A stretch of DNA of 59,201 nt, filler included, from Porpidia crustulata (GCA_964255105.1; 5 parts of 5 records of this genome joined end to end with filler, not necessarily neighbours in it); one strand, 5' to 3'. Shown: positions 12,271 to 25,525, counted from the whole stretch's first letter. Numbers and translations are program-made. Notes: generated by a model from the sequence alone, not told the origin.

Positions 12271-14014
12271 ATCGACCATTTCGGGGGGGGGGGCGAAAAG
12301 GCGCTAAGGGTGCTTGTGGGGAAGCATGTGTAGGATATTACAAGTAGGATATCAAGTCTTGAGAAATTGCATAGAAAGGGCAATATTGATAACTTTATTC
12401 ATAATCGAAGACGAGCTGGATGGAACTAAGCCTGTTCAGCTTGATGTCATGGACACAAGCTTTTTGGAATACTCAAATTCTCTGCTTCACCATCACCTAC
12501 TTTCTACCATAAAACAGCTCTGTTGCATAAAACCTCGCTCAAGCAACCCAATGCCCACCTTTTCATCAAAGGGTGCGCTAATCTTCATAGTTTGGATTGT
12601 TATTTACCTGTCTGGGTAAAAGATCTTGCAACGTGGGAGTGAAGAGATGATTTTCGTGGCATGTGCTAGCTTGTGGCATACTTTGTTGTTATCGATTTAA
12701 TTCACGGATAGATAGTTCGGTGTTGTTAGTTGCTGTCATTCATCCGTCTTCGTTTTGGGGAATTCTCGAGTTTTCTAGCTCGCTGATCCCTCTCCCTCCG
12801 GATCTATGTATAATATCAATCAGGTGGCTTTCTAAAAGGGCTATCAAGCTCACTAAGCTGAGTTAGTAGCTGACGCTCGTTGATCGTACGAGAACTCGTC
12901 CGGAAAAGAAACTACTGACGAAGGCTGTGGATTTACTGGTACTTTCGTCAGCTCGTTGGAATAACAGTGTTCTATCAAGGCAAATTGGTAAGCTTGCAGC
13001 CGGGCTCGGACATATCATTATCGAAGGACTTGAGAACTTTTTCATTAGAAAGCTGAGACATGAGTAAGACAACATGCAATCAACACTGCTTGACCACCAA
13101 AGTAGACAACGCTTCCTCGTTGCTCACCAAGGGTGGGATATAGCGCTTCCTCCTCAAGCTCAGCTATGACCTTGAAGGGCTCGACAAGTCTGCCACGCTA
13201 TCATCTTCACGCAAGGCTTTGAAAGGCGCATCAAGAGTCGCAAAAAGAAAAATTGAGACGTCACTGAATCGTCAATTGGATAGATGAATGGCATCTGCAT
13301 CGATGATATACTCTGAATGATGATACCCTCGATATTTTCATTCGTCATTACCGTATATTTTGCTGAATGAGTTACACATGAGTCACAGTATTCTAGCTTC
13401 AGGGGGGATGGAAGGAATTTACAACGTCTACCTGAAGGATGATCGACTCTTTAAGACTGACGACGTTTGGATGAACATCTTAATAGCTTTGTTGCTCACT
13501 GTCGAGACGAAAAGAGCTTTTACGAAGCCTGAGAGAATTCGAGCTGAGGAAATGGAATCTGGTCCGTAATCATCCATCATTTCTGGTATAGAAATCCACG
13601 TGAATACTGTCGAACTCGATGCTAACATGAATTGAGATAATTATCTCGCCTGAAATCCAATATGTGAAAAGAACACATAAGATGAAATGGTTAAAGCAGG
13701 AAGAAAAAGCACGAATAAGGATGTGACCACAACTGCATGGCCTCAACAGTACAATGCATCACATGGGTCAGGCGCGGATGGAGCACCGAGGTATCCGTCC
13801 CAATTAATACGATGAGAATCAATCGCAGAGACGCCGCTGCAGCAAGCCACTCGTAAGCTGCAGCAGCCTCTTTCGGGGGCTGGAACACTGCGGCCTCTCG
13901 GGGCTGATAATATTTGCTTATGGATGTCGCTTCTCATTCCTCGAGTTCTCGACTTTTCGTTTGCGATCCCTCGTTTTGACAGGCTCCCTCCATTGGCATC
14001 CACGATTTATCGCC

Positions 14015-17000
14015 ATGCCCTTCAGGAAATTCTTCTCTGGACCCAAGCCCGAAGAACCTCCACCATATGCAGGCTCACTCTATCCTGCTCAGAACCATGG
14101 CGCAACTGCCCCGCTCTCGCCAATGTTCCGCCCTTCATCCTCTTCCCCACCGTTGGGTCCGCCGTGGCAGACTCCTTTGGCGCAAAGGCAAGCATCAAAT
14201 GGTTTCCCTAACCAATCCTACTTCGCACCTCCACCAGGCAACACATGGCAAGCCCCAACGGCACTGGGACAGGATTATAGTCGAGCTCCCAGCAACTCGA
14301 CGATCCCACCCGCGCAACACCAAATGAACATGACCACCTATGCGCCCCAGCCTTCTTTCAACCAAGCTATCACGGATTCAACTACGTGGACTGCAGCCAC
14401 TCAAGCCGAGAACCAAGTAAGAAATTTGCTAGCATTTTCTACATTATGTACTTACAGGACTTTAGGTAGCAACCAGACCGGGAGCGACTATCGCACGTAT
14501 GACGCCTCCACCGCTACCCCCCCGAATGCCATCTTCACCTCGCCCAGAGGTTGCAGCATCTACAATGCTTTCAGTGCATACTCCGTCCCCACAACCTAAT
14601 GCCAATACCTATTCGCCTTTCACAAGAGCCCCTGCGGCGATCGCCGTTCCTCAAAAGCTACCAGGAAGACTGGAACCACCAAAAGTTCGCAAAATCCTGT
14701 CACTGGATGGAGGCGGAGTTCGAGGGCTGTCAATCATCATGATTCTCAAATATCTCATGAAAAATCTTAATCGACAACGAGGAACCATTTTGCAGCCCTG
14801 GCAGGAATTCGACATGATTGGTGGTACAAGTACGGGAGGCATTATCGCCATCATGCTCGGAAGGCTGCGTATGAGTCTTGACGAGTGCGAGGAAGCCTAC
14901 AAGACTCTGTCAAAGAAGGTTTTCTCTGCGACAACTCGCGGTAGTGCCAACCCGAGACGCATTTATGACTTCCTTAAGGCGAATGGGAAGTTTGATGAAA
15001 GACCGTTGGAAGAGTCAATCCGTGACACACTACTGGGGAGGAATTTGGCAGAGAACGAATTACTCCAGGAACGTGGTCCAGATGCGTGCAGGGTGTTTGT
15101 GTGTGCCACTCGGGCCGAGAACAGTGCGCCAGCTGTTCTACGATCTTACGAGTCGAGTAGAAACGACCCTTTCTACGACATCTGTCAAATCTGGGAGGCT
15201 GTACGAGCGACGTCAGCGGCATCAACTTTCTTTGAACCAATACAGATCGGACCTAACGACGAGACCTTTGTGGATGGTAAGCCATTTGTGCCTGCAAATT
15301 GATTCTAATCTTGAGAGCTGGCTTTTGCTTTCGCGGCATGCTGACATGGACGTAGGTGCATTTAGAAGAAACAATCCAATTCGGGTGGCAAGTATGGAAT
15401 CTAGGAGCATATGGCCTCAAGCGGACTTGATGTTTGTTAGTGTTGGCACGGGAAGTGCACCGGGAAAGTCTTTGCTGGGTGATCTCAAGGAGCTTGCGCA
15501 GAGGCTCTCTGAGATTGCTTTGGACACGGAGCAGACGAATCGTGATTTTCGAGCCGAGAATCCCGGACTAGTCCAAAATGGAAGACTGTACCGCTTCAAC
15601 GTCACTGACGGGAGTATGGCCAGCATCGGCATCGAAGAATATCAAGCAGCAGCCAAGATAGCTGCTTTCACGAATTCCCACCTAGACGATCCTGATGTCA
15701 CCGAAAGTGTTGAGAAGTGTGTGCAGAATCTCCGTTCTGGTGGCCAGCGGTTGGGTTATGCGAGCTTAGAAGGTTCTTAGGACCCCCCACCATCATGAAG
15801 ATGCTACTTGCTCATGCTAGACATTTCCAGAGCTTGAGATCATGATGGCAGCCGCTAAGCTTAGGGAAGTCATTGCTGTTCTCTGCTCAAGCTGCTACGG
15901 AAGTAAGACTTCTTTGGAGTTGATAGGAGTTAATATTGCTTACGTTGCTAGATATATCCTATGAGGAAACCTACTACGAATGTCGAATTTGCAACACCAA
16001 TATATGCACCAACTGCCAAGGTTCCCACATGAATGGCCATCTCATACACCTGGTTCGATTTGTAACGATATCCTGGGCGGCCACTAATTCAGTTGAGCCA
16101 GAGAGCAGCTGTCTTATCTGCTCCCGAAAAGTCAAGTGCCGGATCGAGTGTACCGAGTGTCTGACAAGCATCTGTAATACATGCTACTGTGATAATCGGG
16201 AAGCAAGAGAATTATATCATAAAGACCATGGGGCTGAATACCCTCGACATAAATCTTTTCGAGAAATCTCGCCGCCTTTCATGTTCAAAAAGCCATTGCC
16301 GAGGGATAAGTCTTGCCCTTGTTTTAGTACCCACGAGATCGTCGGACATTGTTCGCGATGCTCTAAAGGTATTTGATATACTCCTTTCGCGAAATTGGAA
16401 GCCAATTGCTAATCGTGGCTACTAGCAACCAGAATAGGCGAGACAGCCATCCAGTGTCACACCTGTATCCAAGAATATGGCGCGACTCAGGAAGTATGCT
16501 CGGAATGCTTCGCAAGTGAGCCGCAGGAACACACTTCTGCTCACCAATTCTTCCATATCTCTACCCAAAAAGCGGTAAATTTGCCAGATGACCCTCTCAC
16601 ACAGTTTCAATCGCTCTTCCAATGTAACAGCTGTTCCCTTGTCACAGGACCGGAGATGCCTTACTTCCACGAGCATAAGGATTTGAAGATGTGCATCGGT
16701 GACGCGGCCCTCGACACTATACGTAAAAACATTGTCAAATCTGGATGCATCAAACTGAATGGTGTATTCAGTAAGTTGAAAGATCCCCCAGACCCTACCC
16801 AAGCAGGTTGTACCATCTGCACCAAGAAAGTGGGGTTTGATGTTTGGAATCTCATATGCCTGCAATGTGACGAATTCTTCTGCAAAGCATGTGTTGACGC
16901 CGGTCGCTATGCTCACCGACACGCTGCAAATTGGTGCCGCGTTGTAAAGAAATCAGTATCACAGTTCCTCGTCCGCGGAATGGACATCAATTGCGACCAT

Positions 17001-17165
17001 TGCTCGAAAACCTATTACGCCAATAGCTTCTCCGGTCTTCACTGTGTCAGCTGTAACAATTTCGATTACTGCTATACAGTATGTATTAAGGGTGGTAAAA
17101 TGCCAAAAGAGCATGCTTACTGTGGGGGGGAACTGTCGAGTTGGGAGTTGAGACTTTTCGTATAG
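14015..17165 (+). CDS. Patatin-like phospholipase with Pro/Gln-rich N-terminus and C-terminal tandem ZZ-like Cys/His zinc fingers (exons 14015-14416, 14466-15276, 15356-15772, 15831-15902, 15952-16368, 16426-17165)
   Basis: Oxyanion motif LSLDGGGVRG, catalytic Ser motif GTSTG, and DGA motif split by intron 2. Five GT..AG introns keep one frame. The C-terminal third has repeated CxxC..CxxC..CxxC..H units. Confidence 0.85.
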
Positions 17166-19436
17166 TTTCAACCTGTCGGTGGTGTCCTGCTAAACAGCTT
17201 CCGATGGCCAGGTATCGATTTCTCTATTACCAACTCTACCGGGGCTGGTTTCAGTAGCTTTATTCTACTTTGTCCACTACAAAAGGAGAAACGAAGAAGA
17301 TTGCGACTGCGCTGTGGGTTAGACGAAACATCATTGCAGCCGAATTGATTTCATAAAGCCCTAAGATTTTCGCACAACGTTCCGTGCCTCTCTCTTCCGT
17401 TTACTATGATAATGCTGCTACAACAGTGATCTAGCTAGTCTCCGCGTTGTTGAGGATCTCAGCCAACTGACGATTCTTCATGAGTTAGAAGTCATTAATT
17501 GCGCCCATGAAGTACGTAACAAGAAGGCGCGTAACTTCGGTGTGTGGCCTTTGTGTCCAAGTGGTCGGCTCGTTTGCGCTAGACAAGCCCTGGTCTGGTC
17601 TCTATGGATTCACCCATTCAACAGACCTGATGGACAGGATTCCAGGTTGCATTGGCTCAATAAGAGAATCTATCGATGCGACGGTCGCTTTGAATGAAAC
17701 GTCTCGGTTCTTGTTGTCGGTTGTTCCAGCAAGTATTGACCGTTCTATGGCCTATGACATTGGGTGATCCTCGATACCTTCTTTGTCCTGTATGTACTGC
17801 CGCTGCCATCCTAAAGCTTCTCTTATTCCTTGTCCTTGCGCTTTGACTTATTGGTGTAATCATCACCAGAATGTTATCACCCACCTAACAGGTGAATGTA
17901 TTGATATGAGATACTCTTCATCTCATGAATCGACCGCATTCTTCTTCAAGAAGAATCAAAGTATCCGGAGAAAAGTCGTCTTCAGGTAAAGCGTGGATCC
18001 CCTCCAACAAGAACTAAGCCATCTGCAGAGAAGCTACTTCCAACCACATTGCTGGTTTAGACGAAATAAAATATCTTGAGCATATCGCTGTCTTTAATTG
18101 TGCAGTCATGGCCGAAGGCTAGAAGAGTATCATTAACGACAAATACTCGACTGTCACGATTTCATCCTCGATAACCGGTGAACTGTTTAAGGGTGCTTCT
18201 GATGAACCTGATAGTCATAGCCATTTCCAAGATGTCTATCGAATCGTCCACGGTACGACAAGCGCCAAAAACCAAACCTTACGCTATTCAGTAGGTCATT
18301 AGAAAAAGGTGAGTCGATAGCGACCTCATCCCCGTAAATCTTCGATGCACACGCGGAGAGGTCGGGATGCAATACGTGCTCCTATCTTTAAGGTAATTGG
18401 AAAAAGCATCCAGCGGTCATTCAGAGAAATCGAGGGACTTGGAGGTAACCCTGTCTGGGATATGACAAAATGGTTCAGCAACATTGACCGTACTCCAGTC
18501 CATCATGATATCGCATCATTTACCACTATTTAGTGGGCAGGCGAAGTCCCAAATTTCTGCTCTCAGCCGGTATGGCATGTTCTAAACAAAGGGTCATCTT
18601 TCCTAGACTCAACGGCTTCAGCCTCGAAGCCACAGCCGCCGGGGAAGTAGTCCATCTTGCCGTCCCTTGCTCGGCGTTTCTATTTATTTATGATGGGTGA
18701 ATATTGTGGCGGCAGGCAACTTTCAAAGCCAGATCTGCAAAGCTTGATGTTCTTCAGCGCCAGGGAATCGTGAACTAGCATGTGGTGAAGAATCCGGGAG
18801 ACACGTAATGGCCATGCATCGTTGACAGAGATTGCGCACTCTGCACACAGTGTTTCGTGACAGGAACTTGTACTATCTGTGACTTTCATGCCTCATTGGT
18901 GTGACGGTTTCTGTCACATGGGAGATGGATTGCACTTCAGTGATGGTGAAATATCTCAAGAATCAAGTGTCGCAGAACGGAACGTCCTTGTACTAACCAA
19001 AGAGGTCGATTTCAGTGGTAAGATAAGACGACGGCTGAGGCAAAATTGAAGCTTGTAACGATTACGCGACAAAGACCCAAGAGCTGTTGACCTTAAGAGG
19101 AAGGTGCATTGTACGGCAGCAGCGCATTGTCAAAATATCACTTGTGACACAGGGAGACAGGGAGATGTAAGAGGTGGTATGGATGTTTGGACGGATAAGA
19201 TAACAACAAAAGCATAGGCGATACCATTCGACGTTCAGGCATCTGGTGTGGCAGACTATCGTTTCGAAATCCGCCCAGAATTGCGTCAGAGCGGGATAGA
19301 CCAGAGTAATCCATTTGATAAAAGAAATAGTTTCGTTGAAGCCTATAGGTACGTCCTATCGATCCGATTTGCTCATTCTTACCGGGTAATGACCATACGC
19401 TCTACTTACTGCCTCCAAGTACCGAACCGCGCTGAC

Positions 19437-19457
19437 CACCACCACCACCACCACCAT
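19437..19457 (+). repeat. (CAC)6CAT microsatellite
   Basis: Direct reading. Confidence 0.85.
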
Positions 19458-20661
19458 CAGCATGAGTCCCACGCTTCCTGCTGCGACTACTGTTACCGAG
19501 ATACCATGACTCAGGTACCTCACAGCTACCTTAATCCCACTTCGCTATCCCCTTCGACCCTCGCAATTGCCTGTATTGGCGCTGACACTTTTGGAAGCCT
19601 TCCGATGCCTCTCAATGTTTCGATCGTCACACTCCCAGCCCAAGAGCCAGCAAATGCTCATATCTTTAATCACCCTACTATGCCGCGCTTGATATCCGAT
19701 TGGCGTTTGGACCGAAGTTGGCCGCCAGGAAGGTTTCCGCCACCGTGGACTGGCAACGCCTGGTTTCTATACTTCCATGTTCTGCATCCTGCCGAGGGTG
19801 AAGGTTTGATCGAAGAGGAAAGTTAAGGTTCTTCCCGTAGTAAAGCTTAGCTCAGCATATCGAACAATGCAGGCAAATTACTGAAGTTCTGTGCCACCGT
19901 CGCTGCCGCACCTCCTTGGCATACTGAAACGGTCGTTGTTGCTGCTTGGTGGAGACTGATCTTGTTCGACGCGGAATATCTGTGGGAAGCCCCCACTGCT
20001 CATTGAAGATCATCCAGTCACAGAACTGAATTGGGATCCACAAGTGGATGGGAATTCCACCGCGATGCCATGAAGTGCCGAAAGATCACCCAGAATTGCG
20101 GTGTCTACCCAGGAAAGCGATACCCTGCTATCATTTCCATGCAACCTCCATGCAATGATAACGTCGTACCGAGACAAAGCCCCATGCATATGGGCGTCGG
20201 GCCCTGGGGCTTGATCTTATCAGGCTCGTCAGTGGCTGCGGCAGGTAGAATCTCATGGCATCGCCGCCGGGATGATCGCGCGCGGCCGCTTTCTGCCAAC
20301 CCCAGCACCGGTGTGAGTTACTCGACCGTCCTGAAGGAGGGTCACTGAGAGTCTCTGTGCGGTTGGTAATATCAATCTCCTGAGTGGAGAATATTCCATA
20401 GCCGAGACTACACCACTCTCGGCCAGAGAATCAAACTGGGCTGCTGATTAGAATGTAGGTTGAGTATATAGTAAAGGTGTATCGTGAGAGGAAAAAGTGA
20501 TTTCGTCGGAACAAGGTGTTTTGTGAATTGTTGTTGGCTATTCACTTCACTAGCCAGCTTCATTGAGTAAAAGCACTAGTACCTCATTGCCTCTCATTCT
20601 TGTCGACGAAATTGACAACCTACACCGCTGCTATTTCATCGCCTTTCCTTATTCAGCTGCG

Positions 20662-22651
20662 ATGTCGTTACCAAGCCCAGCAAGCAAAGGCTCTGTCTCT
20701 CCTTCTTCCACGGCCAGCAGTATCCTACCGTTTACTTCCGGACTCACAGGAGTGAATCTAGCCGTCAACGACGATGCCACGTGGGTTCCGCTCATCCTCT
20801 AGTTCTTCCGCCGCTGACAGTCCATCTTATAGCCGAGCATTGTGGTCATCTCTCGGGTTTCTGGCCGCCCTGGTGGTGGCCTTACGACTCGCTCAACTTG
20901 GATATCGACATCTACGCCTCCTGATGACCGTGGACGCGACCGATTCGCAACAGAGGATATGGACACAAGTGGGCTCCGTCTGGCCCTGGATCAAGACCCA
21001 CATGATATACGCGCCCGTGTACAAAGTCCGACACAACAAAGAGATACAGCTCTCAAAAGCCATCAGCGTCGGTACCCTACCGCTTAGGCTTGATATCCTG
21101 ATTCTGATATTCTACCTGCTGAGCAACATTGCTTACACCCTTGTCATTGGCTTTGATGGACGGTCTCAAGCATCTTTAGTTGCCGAGACTCGAGGTCGTA
21201 CTGGTCACTTGGCCGTCATCAACATGATGATATTATTTATCTTCGCCGCAAGAAATAACCCCCTCATTCCAATTCTTGGACTTTCTTTCGATACCTTCAA
21301 TTTGTTTCACCGCTGGATCGGTCGAATCATTATCTTCGAATCTCTTGCCCATGTCAGCTGCTGGTTAATCAATGAAATTGATGCCCGCGGTGTCGAAGGA
21401 ATCAGAGATGGATTCGCCACTGACCCGTTCATACAGGCCGGTCTCTTGGCAATCATCGCGATGATTCTCATATTGATACAAACCCCTTCGCCCATTCGCC
21501 ATGCCTTTTACGAAGTTTTCCTACATCTTCATCAAGCCTTGGCGATTTCCGCACTCATAGGGATATATCGCCACGCCAAAATCCAGTCGCTTCCACAGAA
21601 GCTCATGATGAATGTCATTGTCGCCATCTGGGCCATCGAACGTGGTACACGTTTTCTGCGGCTGCTCTATTACAACATATCTCATCGCGGCATCACCGAA
21701 GCTCACGTTGAAGCGCTTGAAGGTGGTGCTTGCCGTGTGACCTTTTACATCCCCCATTCGTGGAGCAACAAGCCTGCCTGCCACCTCTACGCCTACATAC
21801 CGGCCGTTTCGCTATGGATGTCTCATCCGTTCAGTATTGCTTGGGTGGAGCAAGGTCAACTCCAGCGTAGAGCAAGCACTTTTGTCCCTAGCTCGACGGC
21901 CACAACCGCCATTGGGTCCCCCGAGTCTACACCTCGACCTTCGATTTCAAAGCCGCCTGGCGTTTCCATCGATACCTCCTGCGACACCGAGTTCCACCCC
22001 TTGCCACTCATGAAGAACAAGAAAGCCGCGGCCCTCACCTGCATCATAGCTAGCCGCACTGGCATGACCGGCAAACTCTACCGTCGCGCCCAAAACGCCC
22101 CCAACGGCATCCTGCGCCTCCGCGCCTTCGTCGAAGGTCCCTACGGCGGCCTCGACTCCCTTCGCTCCTACGCCACCGTCCTCCTCTTCGCCGGCGGCAT
22201 CGGCATCACGCACCAGCTCTCGCACATGCGCGACCTCATCTCCGCCGTCGAAGCCGGCACCTGCGCGACCCGGAAACTCACACTCATCTGGTCCGTCCGC
22301 CACCTCGACCAGGTCCTCTGGGCGCACCCGTTCCTCGAGGAGCTGATGGATATGCCTCGCGATGGCATCAAAGTCAAGATCATCGTGTATGTCAGCCAAC
22401 GTGGCCGGAGAGACCCGGAGAGCAGGGAGAGCGAGAAGGAAGTCAAGGTGCAGGATTTGACGGTCGGGAATCTTAGATCCGGTCGGCCAAAAACCAAGGA
22501 TATCGTCGAGAGGGAGTTTGAGGCTAGGATCGGCGCCATGACGGTGGGTGTGTGCGGGCCCGGCGCGTTGGCGGACGATGTCAGGGCTGCGGCTAGGGGC
22601 TGCGTGCAGAGGGGCAAGGTCGATTTCTGGGAGGAGGCGTTCACGTGGTGA
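20662..22651 (+). CDS. Ferric/cupric reductase (FRE family) transmembrane oxidoreductase (exons 20662-20780, 20833-22651)
   Basis: Heme-ligating histidines (FNLFHRWIGR, LAHV, FLHLHQ, YRH), FAD motif HPFS, NADPH motifs EGPYG and AGGIGIT, CGPGAL and terminal EEAFTW. A GTGGGT..CTGAC..TAG intron links the upstream ATG at 20662. Confidence 0.9.
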
Positions 22652-23658
22652 GTGGGGGGGTTGGAGGGAGGAAGCTCTCGAACTCGGGAAGTCCAGAGTA
22701 AGAGGACGAAGGGATTGGGGTTTTTGTGATGATATATATGAGGATGGCGTGGGTTTTAGACCGGGCGTGCGTCGCGTGCGAGACTTGTTGTTGGGATTTG
22801 GGGATTTGGTTGTGATTTGAGTGTTTATATAGATGAGGGTATTTTTTGAGATGTTGATGATGGGGGTCGATGTGGTTTTTGATGCAGTGGTTTGTCTGCC
22901 TGTGTGGGTGGTCTGATCGATTGGGTCTGCTACTCGCCACTTCTTCGCTCATCAAACCCGCATTACCATCGCCAAAGAACCCCCGCTCCCTTCTCCTTAC
23001 CCCCCCTCCTTCTCAACCACTCTCATCAACCCCAACATCCATCCACCACACTCAAACTCACAATGAACTTCATACTCAAACAACATACATCACACCCCTC
23101 GATTAAACCCCCAGTATCTACTCTTCCACAAATCACCCAGTTGATGGAAATGAATTCAATATGTCAGAGAATAGATCGTGGAGGAAGGATTGGGGAGGAA
23201 AGATTATGGAGGAAGAATGATGGAGAAAGAGTGGTGTTGAGTGGTGTATGGATGGGGTGGATGGATTTCGTGATGAGTGGAGGAGGGAGGAAGTATAGGG
23301 GGGTTGTTGAAGATGGTATCAATGATAATACTACAACTAGTGTTATACCCAATTCTATTGAAACAAACTCTTTACAACCCAACCCAAATTCTATCCTCGA
23401 CAACCCGAATCTTCCACCCTACAACATACAACACCACAGCACCTTCCACAAATGCAGAACCCTCTTGAACAAACATCCATCCCGTCATGTTATATAAATA
23501 TCCCCCTCCCCCCAACAGAAACATATATCATCCAAACCTCGGATCCATCATTCGTACACTCACATTCGCAAACTCGTGCTTCGTGAAACTTATTACAGCA
23601 AGAGAAAAACTCACTTTTTTTATTTATCGAGGGTTGATATCGGATCTGGGTTTTGATG

Positions 23659-23758
23659 NNNNNNNNNNNNNNNNNNNNNNNNNNNNNNNNNNNNNNNNNN
23701 NNTTAATTAATTAANNNNNNNNNNNNNNNNNNNNNNNNNNNNNNNNNNNNNNNNNNNN
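23659..23758. other. Assembly gap with artificial spacer
   Basis: N-run plus TTAATTAATTAA. Confidence 0.98.
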
Positions 23759-23791
23759 CATCCCCATCATCCCCATCATCCCCATCATCCC
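23759..23791 (+). repeat. 9-bp tandem repeat (CATCCCCAT) x3.7 at the gap edge
   Basis: Direct reading. Confidence 0.85.
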
Positions 23792-24448
23792 AATCTCGTC
23801 TCCAAAAAAAATCCCCCCGAAAAGCCCAATAACAATGAACTGCTTTCATCGCCACCCACGTTTCGCGCAATACCTCACGAAAGCTGAAGAATGGAAGAAA
23901 AGCACTCTTGTTTGCAAACAGCCGAGAGAGCTGGCTTGGGAGAGAGATGTAAGTAGCGTGGGAAAGTGGTTCGTGTGCTTGGGCTTGGGGCGCTGAAGTT
24001 GGCGAAAACGAAATAAATGTGTTCGGGGAAACTTACCGATACGGTTCAATTTTGTGTTAGTTTTGCGGTGGCGTGTTGTAGACGGCTGTACTGGTGCGTT
24101 GCATGTATTAGGGGTCTGTTCGACATGGTTACGATCGGAAAGATCACGGGTATGCAACAAGGTCCAACTTCGTTTGCACATTTACTCGGTCAAACTTGAG
24201 CGAAAGCAGATCAAATCTAGAAATGGTAATGGATATGAACGAGCGTATTATTGTTAGATGCACATCCAATTGACTATTAGGCTATTACAAAACCGCTTGT
24301 GCTGTCCAAACTTATCTCCTTCATCATCGCTAATAGACAACAGAGTGGTATCGGTAAGAAAAAGATTTCAAAACACCATCGCCATAATCTTGCCATTAAC
24401 ACAGGTAATGTATGATAAAGTTACCTGAATAATGACCAGACCAGACAC

Positions 24449-25525
24449 TTAGACTGTTGAGGTGACACCAGCGCCGTTGTCAACGACCGGGGTAGTGCCA
24501 TTGTGATGCTTCTCACCGTGGTGGGAGGCATGTCCACCACCGATCATAGCTGGGTCGTCATCGTAGTCGCGAATGTGAAGACCAAGGCGAGCAGGGTCGA
24601 TGTTGCGGTGACCCCAGAGAAGGAGGGCACCGAAGACGGGCTTGGCCAGAATGTCGAGGACACCGTAGAACGCAGCCTCTGAATCGGGAGAAATGACGTT
24701 TCCACCCTCTGATAGTCCCCAGGCGATAGGGTAGAGGAACCAGAGGAAGATGGTCCAGACACCGCAAATGAGATAGGTTCTCGAAATGTCGGCTCCCAAC
24801 GCGGCCGCGTGCTTGCGAGCAGTCCAGGTCACAGTCCACGCGACGAAGAAGAACGCAACGCATCCAAAGACGAAGTATCCCCACTTGTACGACGAAGTGA
24901 CCAAGGCACCAACCAACCCAGTGATGATCATGACCTCGTCAATGAGAACGGTGTACAGAATGGTTGGCCACGGGAGGCCAGCGGTCAACAAAAGATCCAT
25001 GAGCAATAACGGAGTAGTGATGACCCTGGCTTGTTAGCGATAATGGGGATATGAAGCTTGATAACGCTTACCAATCAATGTATCTGACATAGAAAATCTC
25101 CCGGAGGCCATTGTGGTTGTCACCGGAGCCGCTGACCTTGGGGTTATTTAGACGAGGGAACTCGACCAGAATTGGAGTGTATCCCAAATCCGACCCCATC
25201 GTAAAGTAGGCGATGGCAGCAACCAATGTAATGGCGGCGGTGATGTAGTGAAAGATGCGATGCGACCGCGGCTTGGTGAAAGACATTCCCATGAACACCA
25301 CCGTTGACACGAACATTATGGCAGTGACGGCCTGGAATGCATTAGATTCATGCCTTTTATTGAGAGTATTAAATCTTACAAAGTACCAGTCGGAGCCATG
25401 GCTGGTGATAGCGATGGATGCGGTAGCTCCATTGACAAAATGATTGCCATTCTCTGTTGATCATGTCAGTAACTTTTATCATACCATATCAAAGGCAACA
25501 TACTTTCAATGGCATTGTTAACCAT
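24449..25525 (-). CDS. carO: CarO-type fungal (type I) rhodopsin (exons 25525-25504, 25453-25380, 25331-25072, 25025-24449)
   Basis: Seven hydrophobic helices. Helix C reads RYIDWVITTPLLLMDL (R82/D85/T89/D96 bacteriorhodopsin equivalents). Also LYPIAW, SEGGN, and the Schiff-base Lys in LDILAKP. Lies next to carB. Confidence 0.93.

Noticed and set aside
12390..13630. Helical-repeat-like coding relic on the + strand
   Set aside because: Many stops and frame changes and no identifiable family, so it was not called as a feature.
17750..18890. Possible HET-domain pseudogene on the minus strand
   Set aside because: A CxxC..HH start is suggestive, but diagnostic HET motifs (ALSYxWG, WIDxxCI) are not recognisable.
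19248..19826. 192-aa ORF with a poly-His run as a metal-binding partner of FRE
   Set aside because: GTG start and no domain; the His run is explained by a CAC microsatellite.
21947..22644. Long antisense ORFs over the ferric reductase
   Set aside because: Expected by-product of very high GC3 in the sense gene.
14015..22651. Patatin and FRE as auxiliary genes of the same Starship as the 47-59 kb island
   Set aside because: Both families are known Starship passengers, but here they are separated from the island by three gaps and core genes (car cluster, stuA), with no captain nearby.
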